A stretch of 64,000 nucleotides of DNA from contig MU271403.1 in assembly GCA_021432655.1 (NCBI GenBank), positions 1 through 64,000 of the forward strand. The letters are read 5' to 3'. A program made the position numbers and the translations under genes. This stretch comes from Atractiella rhizophila (Eukaryota). Shown piece after piece: positions 27,431-36,828 of the stretch. Position 1 is the stretch's first letter; each line of letters starts with the position of its first letter. The notes below the pieces were generated by a model, which made no database searches, was not told the origin of the DNA, and saw nothing but the letters and a program-made list of their open reading frames with translations.

Positions 27431-28079
27431 ATAAAGCGTATGGGTAATCCTAATGGAAGGGTTCCAGGTAAAATGTTGGCGAGGGACGCGATCTCGCAAA
27501 GCCCTAACGGAAAGAAGATGAAGAGAGGTGCAATATCATCAACGTTTCTTGCGAGCCTCTTCCGTAAAAACGACAACACAGTAATAGGTCCAAAGAAATA
27601 ATAGAAATATCACACGCGATACGTCGCCGCAGGATGATGGAGTTGTGACGATAATATGCAAGCTCAATATTTAGAAAGGAGTTCATCTAAATTTCAAGTT
27701 GAGTCAAAACTCGGACAATCTGATCAAATCTTTGCAGCAACCGACCAACTTTTGCAAGGCGGCGTTCGAAACGTTCACGGAACACAGATCATTTGATTGA
27801 GACCGGAGGACAGCCACTAGCTTTGCGAAAGCGATGGTGCAATTCAGAATACCAGACCACCGTGTCTCAGAAGTCCGCAGGCCGATACCGTTGTCATTAT
27901 TGGATGGCTTGAGGAACTGAACTGCTTCGTGGAGCTCGTCAGCGTTCACAGTCTTTATTCTGTGCCTAACGGCTCCCTGTTTCATAGTTAAGCTTTTTGC
28001 GTTGTGAGTTAAGCGAGCTCACTTGAGCTTGAGCCACCAAGTCAAGAGCTGAAATCCTGGCAGCCTTCCAACCAGATGT
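27131..28079 (+). repeat. Diverged direct repeat X (partner X' at 33650-34517) flanking the retrotransposon
   Basis: Colinear similarity from cacatccttccttcgaa to cagccttccaaccagatgt, with many substitutions and indels. Confidence 0.92.
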
Positions 28080-28210
28080 ACTTTATACACAATCACATCA
28101 TAATACATTTCATTGTGCTCACTTCTGTGTGATTGGGGATCTTTTAGGCCTCAAGCCAAAATCTCATTTGGTAGCGAGAGCTCGATTACGGTCCGTGAAC
28201 ATCATACGAA

Positions 28211-31200
28211 ATGGCGACAGAAGGGAGCACAACGCCAACGGGTGTTACGTCCGGAAGAAGAGACCCGTTTGGGTCAGGAATATCAACACCCGGAACGGAG
28301 GACGTCCCACTACTCACAGCTTCCACTGTGCCATACTCCGTGTCATCCTCAGCAAAAGTAGCATCCGAAATCAACATTCCAACAGGATCTATTCAGACGA
28401 TCGTCGCGAATGAGAAGATCCCCCCACTCACTCTCCAAAATTCAACCAGGTTCTTTCGCTCCCTGAGGTCTATCCTCGACGCGAATAATGTCGGAATACT
28501 CTTGGATGGAATCGTGACGGAACCAGTCAGCCCAATGTCTGAGGAAGGGCTGACGGTGACGCAAATGCAAGAGATGATGGCGAGAGGAAGAACCCCAAAG
28601 ATGAAAACACCAACGGATGAGGAGAACACTGCCTTCATCAAAGCCCTGTCGAACTGGAGGCGTATGGCAGCGATCGCAATGATGCTGTTGAAGCAATCAG
28701 TGGGGGATACAGCTAGGGTATTCATTGAGGATCAGGCTGATCCAGTGAAGGCGGTAAAAATCCTGAAAGACAAATACGGGACGAAGGAATTCGCAGATAC
28801 CGCCCACCTTCTACGCCAATTCACCAACTACACTCATGAGTCGAGCGACCTGGGTCTTTCCGAGTGGATTGCGAAGCTGCACGAACGAAGGAGAATATTC
28901 AACGAATCGCAAGACAAGCTTACGATTAGCGACACTCTCCTCTCCTATACCCTCGTAAACGGTCTGCGAGAAGACACTAGGCGGTGGTTATCTTCGACTG
29001 GAGTAAACCAGTCCGACCTCGCGTCTGTGGTGAATAGGTTGACAGCAGAGGAGATGGCGTTGAGGAACAGGGAGGAGGATCGTTCCGGAGGAAAAGAAAT
29101 TGCGCTCATCTCACGGATTTCGTCGCAGCCACACCAAAACCCCAATACCGAAGGGAAGAGGAAAGACAACAACGAAGGGCGTTCTCAACGACCTTTGATC
29201 AACAGGATCGCTCCAAATGCCAGGTCGATCAAAAACTGGGGAAATTGGCCACATGGAACGACTGAGAGGGGACAGTTTCGGCTGGGACCTCGACAGTGTT
29301 ACCACTGTGGAAAGGATGGACACTACGGTCGAAATTGCAACCTAAACCGGAAGCAGCAGGCAGCGTCCCTTCTCACCATTTTCAAACAATTCGACATCGA
29401 GATCCCCCGAAACGATCTTCACGTTCTCATCGCCACCGTTGCAGACGAGCAGCATGCAAACCCGATACGCGCTACCGATAACGACCCCTCTACTGGGAAA
29501 CCGTACAACGAACAAGTCGGTGTGGTTTCAAACCAGGAGCAATCCGTAGGGGTATACTTAGTAGAGGCTGATGAAGAGGATGGGTTGCACACGGTTGATT
29601 TCGGGGCGTATATGACAACTCTCGAAGTGGAGCCTGCAGGGTCAGAGAAAATTCTCGATCTAGCACCAGAAGAGGACGGCTTCGTATTAATGGCGAACAC
29701 AGACGATGCCGAGCGAATTGCCGAAATGGCACGACCATTTCACCTTGACAGTGCAGCATCCCTCCACCTAACTGTTTGCCCGTGGCTCTTACACGATTTC
29801 AGGGAGCTCGATAGGCCCATTGGGATCAAGGGAGCCTGGGGATCAAGAGGTTTCGCCACTGGGATAGGAAATCTCAAGGCAGCATTTATCTTGGACGACG
29901 GGACGAGGACCGTGGGAATGATACGAAACGTGTATTATGCACCCGGACTAGGAGTCAATCTCATTTCGTCGAAGGTCTTGATGCAAGCAGGGGTAGTGTT
30001 CAAGAATGACACTGAGAAAGTCTACTTGCATGGGAGAGATGGGAAGATGTTTGGAATCGCGTCCATCGGTCGAACACTAATCACCTTGCAGGCGAGTTAC
30101 CTCCCTGCTCCACTTCCTCCGAGCGAAAACCCTCACACGGCTTTCGTCGCAGTGCCTCTACGTACTTGGCATCGAAGGCTAGGCCACCCGAGCAACGAAA
30201 GGCTCCGCTTGGCCGTCAAGCATGAAATCCTGTCAAAGTCTGAAATAAAGGATAACTGCAATGCAATCCAGTTAAATCAGTGTTTAACTTGTGCAAGAGG
30301 GAAGGCGACATACACAAGGAGTAAGGGACCTGCGAGTGTAAGGGAGGAATACCCGGGGAAAACTTTGGGGTTTGACACCTGGGGACCGGCTACCATTTCC
30401 AGTATTCAAGGCTTTCGTTACGTTTTCGGCGCAGTGGACGAAGCGTCGAGGTACATGATTGTAGGTGGGATGAAGTTAAAGTCAGAGGCACCACAAATGT
30501 TGGAAGGAATACGGGCCGCGATAAAAAGGGATCTCGAGGTCGATCTTAGAAGGATACGGCATGACCAAGCGACGGAATTCATGTCGCATACCGTGAGGGA
30601 GTGGTGCAATAAAAATAACATTGCATCAATGAAGACAATGGCATACGCACACGACCAAGGCGGCCTATGGGAAAGGCAATGGTACACTCTCTTCAATATT
30701 GTCCGTTGTCTTCTACTTGAGTCAGGATTACCGCTATATCTATGGTACGAGGCACTCAAGGTTGCGGTGTACATGAAGAACATTATGCCTACGAAGGGGA
30801 ACAAAGGAAATCAGTCTCCTTACGAAGCGTTCCACAAAAAGAAACCAGATATTACTCACATCAGGGTATTCGGTTGCTTAGCGGCAGTGACGATCATGCC
30901 TGAACAGCGCGACTCGAAATTACTCCCCCGTGCAAAGTTGATGTATTTTGTTGGGTACGTTGCGGATGGTTACGGCTGGAGGTTCTGGGATCCAACGAGG
31001 CGGAGGATCGTGGAAGGAAAATCAGCAAGGTTCTTTGAGGATCGTTTCTACACAGGAAGACATGAGCAAGAGACAGAGGTGATACGGAATTTGGGACCAG
31101 ATGACTTTCTACCCATGCTGCTACCTCGGGAACCGACGAAGGATGCTGAAGGAGGGCCTATCGAGGGGGAGTTTGCGGGAGTAAAGGTGGACCGATCTAA

Positions 31201-33340
31201 AGAGCTCCGAGTGGATGTTGGTCTAGGAGATGGCGACGGTAACCCTTCATCACCACTTCATCCTCCGTCCCCGACGCTGCAACGACGGCGTGTAACAAAT
31301 AATGCACCAGGGGAGGATGGAGACACACCTAGAATGACGCCCGCCATCCTGTTACCACCTGAAGATGACCGTTCGTTCGTACAGGACAAGGTGTCTCAGA
31401 TCGAGGAAACGATACGGAAAGCCAGGGAGGAGGAAAATGCACACGCGCAGTTCTCACCCTACAGAGAAAGACGGTGGGGAAGAGGAGTAAGGAACATAGG
31501 GAAACCGGGATGGGACTACAAGAAATTACATGAGCGAGGATTATACTTCACTCAAATCTATGGGGAAGATGACATCAACGGACCTGTAGTAGAACTAGCT
31601 GCAGAGGTCAAACGGAATCCGAAGGCTTTCAAGTTGACTACTAGCCAAGATGAAGGAGACAACGATGAGCAAGTCTTCTGGACAGGAAGTTTGGACGAAC
31701 CGTCGTTCAAACAAGCGATAGCGGGACCGGATCGCGATCGGTGGATTGCGGCCATGGTGGCAGAGTTGGCTGCACTGGAAGCAATGGGAACTTGGAAAGG
31801 CGGACTGAGGAACTTGCCACCGGGAAGAAAAGCGTTGGGGGTGAAATGGGTGTTGTTGATAAAACGGGACCCAGCGGGGGAGGTCGTCAAGTATAAGGCC
31901 AGGCTGGTAGTGCGAGGCGATCAGCAGACTGAGGGAGTCGATTACAAAGAGACCTGGGCACCCACAGTAAGCATGGCCTCCGTTCGCGCAGTGCTCTCTA
32001 TTTCAGCACAGGAAGGATGGGTACGGCGCCAATTCGATGTTAGCAATGCCTTCCTCAACGGCGACATTGAAGAGGAAGTCTTCGTGAAGCAACCACCTGG
32101 ATTTGTGGACGAAGAGCGCCGAGACGAAGTGTACGAGTTGGGAAAAGCTCTGTATGGGTTGTGCCAGGCGGGACGTCAATGGTGGAAGAAGATGAAGGGC
32201 GTGCTTACGGATTTGGGATTCACACAAACTTCAGCAGATGCCGGCGTATACATCATGCGCAGACAGGACGACGTTATCATTATCTGTCTTCATGTTGACG
32301 ACGGGCTGGTCGTGGGCAGCTCTGGATCACTCATTGAGGATGTATTCCGACGATTGGGGGAATTCTTCAAACTGCAAGCAGGACCGGCGTCTGTTTTCCT
32401 TGGCATACAAATCGAAGCAGAGGACGGGGGAAAGCGTGTGAAGATACATCAGAAGGGGTACGCGACCAAGATTGTCCGTAAATATCTCGGCGATTCCGTC
32501 TCATCAGTACAGATGCCCTGCGACGCTGGTAAACGACTGTCCCCGGATCTATCACCTACGTCGTCAGTCGAACAAGAGCGGATGAGGAGTGTACCTTACA
32601 GAGAGGCGGTCGGTGCACTTATATACCTCTCAGCATGCACCCGTCCAGACATTGCGTATGCAGTATCAGAGGTGGCCAGGTACTGCGACAACCCGGGAAT
32701 GGGTCACTGGCAAGCAGTCAAACGAGTCTACCGCTATATCGCCGGCACATTAGATTTCGGGCTAGTTTATGACGGCTACACGTACACTCACCCATCACTT
32801 GATGCCTTCGTCGACGCGGATCATGCTGCTGATCCAGTCACTCGACGTTCTGTTTCTGGCGTACTCTTTCGCAATGCGGGAGCGGCCATTTCGTGGGTCT
32901 CGAAACGTCAAGTCGCGGTTGCAGTCTCATCAACGGAAGCTGAATATGTGGCAATGTCAGTGGCAACCCGAGAGGCAGTGTGGCTCAGAAGGTTGTGGAC
33001 GGACCTTGGGTACTCCCCATTGAAACCCACACTTATACGAGGGGACAACCAAGGAGCAATTCGACTGGCTTCGCACCCAGTAGCGCACAGCCGTACGAAA
33101 CATATTGCGGTCCACTACCACTTCACACGGGAGCGGGTAGAAGATGGCACCGTAATCCTAGAATGGATCCCCACGAGGCATCAAGTTGCAGATGTGCTCA
33201 CGAAGGGTTTGGCGGCGACGATCCATTGGAGGTTCTGCGCGTTGATGGGCCTCGTCGGAAATGAGGTATACGGTACGGATACGTCGAGGAATGCGCTGGA
33301 GAGGGGAGGGGTGATCGGTGAGGATGGAGCGGTGAAGTGA
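28211..33340 (+). CDS. Copia Gag-Pol polyprotein, uninterrupted 1709 aa
   Basis: Gag knuckle CYHCGKDGHYGRNC, protease LDSAASLHL, pre-integrase WHRRLGHP..CLTC, integrase DTWGP..D..E, RT KARLVVRG / FDVSNAFLNG / HVDD, and RNase H DADHA / EAEY / DN / KHI / ADVLTK. Domain order is PR-IN-RT-RH. Confidence 0.98.
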   Translation: MATEGSTTPTGVTSGRRDPFGSGISTPGTEDVPLLTASTVPYSVSSSAKVASEINIPTGSIQTIVANEKIPPLTLQNSTRFFRSLRSILDANNVGILLDGIVTEPVSPMSEEGLTVTQMQEMMARGRTPKMKTPTDEENTAFIKALSNWRRMAAIAMMLLKQSVGDTARVFIEDQADPVKAVKILKDKYGTKEFADTAHLLRQFTNYTHESSDLGLSEWIAKLHERRRIFNESQDKLTISDTLLSYTLVNGLREDTRRWLSSTGVNQSDLASVVNRLTAEEMALRNREEDRSGGKEIALISRISSQPHQNPNTEGKRKDNNEGRSQRPLINRIAPNARSIKNWGNWPHGTTERGQFRLGPRQCYHCGKDGHYGRNCNLNRKQQAASLLTIFKQFDIEIPRNDLHVLIATVADEQHANPIRATDNDPSTGKPYNEQVGVVSNQEQSVGVYLVEADEEDGLHTVDFGAYMTTLEVEPAGSEKILDLAPEEDGFVLMANTDDAERIAEMARPFHLDSAASLHLTVCPWLLHDFRELDRPIGIKGAWGSRGFATGIGNLKAAFILDDGTRTVGMIRNVYYAPGLGVNLISSKVLMQAGVVFKNDTEKVYLHGRDGKMFGIASIGRTLITLQASYLPAPLPPSENPHTAFVAVPLRTWHRRLGHPSNERLRLAVKHEILSKSEIKDNCNAIQLNQCLTCARGKATYTRSKGPASVREEYPGKTLGFDTWGPATISSIQGFRYVFGAVDEASRYMIVGGMKLKSEAPQMLEGIRAAIKRDLEVDLRRIRHDQATEFMSHTVREWCNKNNIASMKTMAYAHDQGGLWERQWYTLFNIVRCLLLESGLPLYLWYEALKVAVYMKNIMPTKGNKGNQSPYEAFHKKKPDITHIRVFGCLAAVTIMPEQRDSKLLPRAKLMYFVGYVADGYGWRFWDPTRRRIVEGKSARFFEDRFYTGRHEQETEVIRNLGPDDFLPMLLPREPTKDAEGGPIEGEFAGVKVDRSKELRVDVGLGDGDGNPSSPLHPPSPTLQRRRVTNNAPGEDGDTPRMTPAILLPPEDDRSFVQDKVSQIEETIRKAREEENAHAQFSPYRERRWGRGVRNIGKPGWDYKKLHERGLYFTQIYGEDDINGPVVELAAEVKRNPKAFKLTTSQDEGDNDEQVFWTGSLDEPSFKQAIAGPDRDRWIAAMVAELAALEAMGTWKGGLRNLPPGRKALGVKWVLLIKRDPAGEVVKYKARLVVRGDQQTEGVDYKETWAPTVSMASVRAVLSISAQEGWVRRQFDVSNAFLNGDIEEEVFVKQPPGFVDEERRDEVYELGKALYGLCQAGRQWWKKMKGVLTDLGFTQTSADAGVYIMRRQDDVIIICLHVDDGLVVGSSGSLIEDVFRRLGEFFKLQAGPASVFLGIQIEAEDGGKRVKIHQKGYATKIVRKYLGDSVSSVQMPCDAGKRLSPDLSPTSSVEQERMRSVPYREAVGALIYLSACTRPDIAYAVSEVARYCDNPGMGHWQAVKRVYRYIAGTLDFGLVYDGYTYTHPSLDAFVDADHAADPVTRRSVSGVLFRNAGAAISWVSKRQVAVAVSSTEAEYVAMSVATREAVWLRRLWTDLGYSPLKPTLIRGDNQGAIRLASHPVAHSRTKHIAVHYHFTRERVEDGTVILEWIPTRHQVADVLTKGLAATIHWRFCALMGLVGNEVYGTDTSRNALERGGVIGEDGAVK

Positions 33341-33347
33341 GGGGGAG

Positions 33348-33647
33348 TGTTGGAAGATGGGGTGGAGATATGAAGCGTGTTGAGGTGTTTGCCGCGCGTT
33401 CCGATGCAGATGCAAACATGTGGCACTTCACCGCAAGTCCGGTCTTATAAGGAGGCACCTGGGAATCCATATTTTCTTTCCCCAATCACATCATAATACA
33501 TTTCATTGTGCTCACTTCTGTGTGATTGGGGATCTTTTAGGTACGCTTTCGAATAGATGTACTTTATACACAATCACATCATAATACATTTCATTGTGCT
33601 CACTTCTGTGTGATTGGGGATCTTTTAGGCCTCAAGCCAAAATCTCA
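33348..33647 (+). repeat. 3' LTR containing an internal 59-bp direct repeat (33483-33541, 33571-33629)
   Basis: Follows the PPT and has TG...CA ends. TATAA at 33446-33450. Confidence 0.92.
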
Positions 33648-33649
33648 TT

Positions 33650-34517
33650 AGTACACATCCTTCCTTCGAATCAATCTGTGGTTTACTGGACGCTGTCTCC
33701 CAGATTGAGCCTGGCCAAGCACTCCTCATCGTTGGTGGGAGCCCTCTGGCTTGGGCGACACTCCAAATTGCTGTAGTGGCAGGAATGATTCAGAGACAAA
33801 AGTCATGTCAAACTCTCTGTTGCGGGAGATCTTGGTGCGTTTGTTACAATGGACTTCTCTATTGCGCCGAATGCCTCTTGGGATCTGGTGACTATTACCA
33901 CCTGTGAACGGCAAGGTGAGCAAAATAAAGCGTATGGGTAATCCTAATGGAAGGATTACAGGTAAAATATTGGCTAGGGACGCCCTAACGGAAAGAGGAT
34001 GAAGAGAGAGATGCAATGCCATCAAAGTTTCTTGCGAGCCTCTTCCGTAAACCGATAACACAGTAATAGGTCCGAAGAAATATCCCGCGCGATAGGATGA
34101 TGGAGTTGTGATGATAATATGCAGGCTCAATATTTAGAAAGGAGTTCATTTAAATTTCAAGTTGAGTCAAAACTCGGACAATCTGAGCAACCGTCCAATT
34201 TTGCAAAGCGGCGTTCGAAACGTTCACGGAAGACAGATCATTTGATCGAGACTGGAGGACAGCCATTAGCTTTGCCGAAATTCAGAATACCAGACCACCA
34301 TATCCCAGAAGTCCGCAGGCTAATACCGTTGTCATTATTGGATTGCTTGCGGAAATGAACTGCTTCGTCGAGCTCGTCAGCGTTCACAGTCTTTATTATG
34401 TGCCTAACGGTTCCCTGTTTCATAGTTAAGCTTTTTGCGTTATGAGTTAAGGAAGCACACTTGAGCTTGAGCCACCAAGTCAAGAGCTGAAATCCTAGCA
34501 GCCTTCCAACCAGATGT
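33650..34517 (+). repeat. Diverged direct repeat X' (partner X at 27131-28079)
   Basis: Begins immediately after the 3' LTR and is colinear with X. Confidence 0.92.
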
Positions 34518-35220
34518 GCCGGTGTCAAGATGAGTTGTTCCCTCCATCAGACAGGTACAGTGGACATTAAGAAACACACAACATTTCTATGGGTACAGGT
34601 TCAAATTTTGAATCGCCATTTCTACGTCAAAACTTGAAACCCCCATTAAATTACAGAATGAGCTGTGATCCTCATGTTCATTGCAACGCTCTCACTTTGG
34701 GTTTCCTGTTCGGAGAATGGCACTTTGACAGGAATTGCGCCGCTCATTCTGTCAAGGGGAGGAATCCGAACATCTTGCCTGTAGCCTGTGTGTGATGCAC
34801 ATGAGAACGGTGTTGAGTTTGGGCTCAGCTCGTTCCTCTCTTTCCGCTTTCCGGGCTGTATGTCCTGAAGAGGCGATTCCCATCAGGCTGCTTCCAGTGG
34901 AGTGGAATGCATGCTCCGCTTGGCGTCGGAGAAGGAGTGGTGGAGACGATTGCATGTCGACGTACAATCACTCCACCCGCAAAACAGGATGCCGAAATTC
35001 TCTCCATCACCGCTGGGAAAGTCTTCATTTGTTCATTGCGCTTGCCTTGTCATCCACCCTCCACTCGGGAGTCGTCGTCTTTCTCTAATGTTTCTCGAAG
35101 TGCGCGTTTGTGTGCTGATGAACACGGTGGAGACATTGAAGGAGAGAAGTGCCTTGACAGCTTTATAAAAGCAAGGTCGTGTGGGAACACAATAGCTCAA
35201 ACAAGGCATTTGACTCCAAT

Positions 35221-36544
35221 ATGGCGCATATCAACAAATTTCTGAGAGAATTGGGAAGAGGTGGACCAGAAGGTATGTCCTTCCTCTTCATATCTCATAC
35301 AGGCTGTTACTCACTTTCCACTTCAGTGCCTGCGCTAGGCTATGGTACCATGGGACAGACATTTCTGTATGGTAGAAGAGTCTCAGACGGAGAAAATATT
35401 GCCATTTTGAAGAGAGTAGGTCCTTCCGTTCAGGTTCAAACAATTTTTCTCAACCTTTCTACCGCGATTTACAGGCTGTCGACCTTGGATGTAGCTTGAT
35501 TGATAGTTCAGACGTTTACGGGTTGGGCAACAGTGAAGAACTCATCGGAGAAGCTCTGAAAGATCCTACCTTCAAAGGCAAAGCATTCGTTGCGACGAAA
35601 TTTGGATTGGCTGCAGGTGCCGCTGGCTTCGAGATCAAAGGGACCAAGGAGTACGTTAGGCGGTCCTGCGAAGCTTCTTTAATGCGACTTGGCGTGGAAA
35701 CCATTGATCTCTACTATCAGCACCGCGTGCATATCTTACTTTCTTAGCTATAGTGAAAGCTGATGGAGAAATGACAGGTGGACAGATCCATTGCCATCGA
35801 AGAGACCTGGAACGAGCTAAAAATGCTGAGGCAGGAAGGGAAAGTGAGACATCTAGGGATCTGCGAGGCAACCCCGGAGGAAATTCGGAAGGCGCATGCA
35901 GTTACGCCCATCTCAGTCTATCAAGTAGAGGTACCTTTCCATCCTATTCGATCTTTCCGAGAGATTCAATGGGATTGGGAGAAAGTTTTCGCCTTGGACA
36001 ACTGACATCAAGTTCAACGGCATCTATGACACTTGTAAGGAACTGGGTATAGCAGTGGTCGCCTATTCTCCTCTTGGGAGAGGCTTCCTCACTGGTTCGA
36101 TCAAGGGTCCGGATGATTTTGAAGCCGACGATTATCGTAGGAGCTTACCGCGCTTCCAAGGAGAAGCATTCTACGAGGTAGGTCTATCCTGTTAACCTTG
36201 ACCGGAGCGGGAGACAGCTCATATGATTTTAGAATCTGAAAATCGTTGAGTCCCTCAAGAGGCTGGCAGAGTCTAAACGCTGCACCGTTGGACAGCTGAC
36301 TCTTCGCTGGGTTCTCGAGCAGGTAGATTTTGCGATACCGGGAACGACGAAAGAGAAGAACCTGTTGGAGAACGTAGGCTCCCTGAAGGTGGAGCTGAGC
36401 TCCGAGGATTTGAAGGCTGTTGAAGATGCGATCAGGAATGTAGGCGTTGTAGGACACAGGTGAGAATGACCTTCGAGTATTAGGCTGTGTACTGATGGCC
36501 ATTCATGAAGGTACGGTGATGGGACCACTGCTCATGGTTTTTAG
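35221..36544 (+). CDS. Aldo-keto reductase (YakC/AKR13-like), multi-exon
   Basis: VPALGYGTMG, IDSSDVYG (D/Y), VATKFG (K), SLMRLGVETIDLYYQHR/VD, EGKVRHLG, VAYSPLGRGFLTG and IPGTTK. Confidence 0.93.
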
Positions 36545-36828
36545 TCCAAGGTGCAATTTCCTCTCTTCGAAATTTGTCTGAATCTCGAGCTGTCTCAAAC
36601 TTGAATTCATGCCACAATGTTTTCAATTCTACAAATGTGTCATCATGTACAGCCATAGCAACTTGCGATGGATGGGAGTTTCTTTGATTTCGAAGCACTA
36701 CACAGCTCGATGACAGAGCAAGGAAAGCACCAGCATACTATATAATCTCGAAGTAGTGCAAGGTTGAGCTGAAGCTAAAAGTGATCCCGCTCGGGAAAAC
36801 AAAGCGAGAGGGAGAGTATTCTTCTTTG

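Larger units (their letters stand above)
28074..33647 (+). mobile_element. Ty1/copia LTR retrotransposon; 5' LTR truncated to 93 bp, 3' LTR complete (300 bp)
   Basis: The 5' LTR remnant 28074-28166 is identical to 33555-33647. PBS TGGTAGCGAGAGC at 28169-28181, PPT GAGGGGGAG at 33339-33347, and 3' LTR TG...CA at 33348-33647. Confidence 0.96.

Noticed and set aside
27704..27985. Minus-strand ORF containing ETRWSG, reminiscent of the hAT transposase TRWNS motif
   Set aside because: The motif is not kept in X' (GIWWSG), and no other hAT motifs or TIRs were found.
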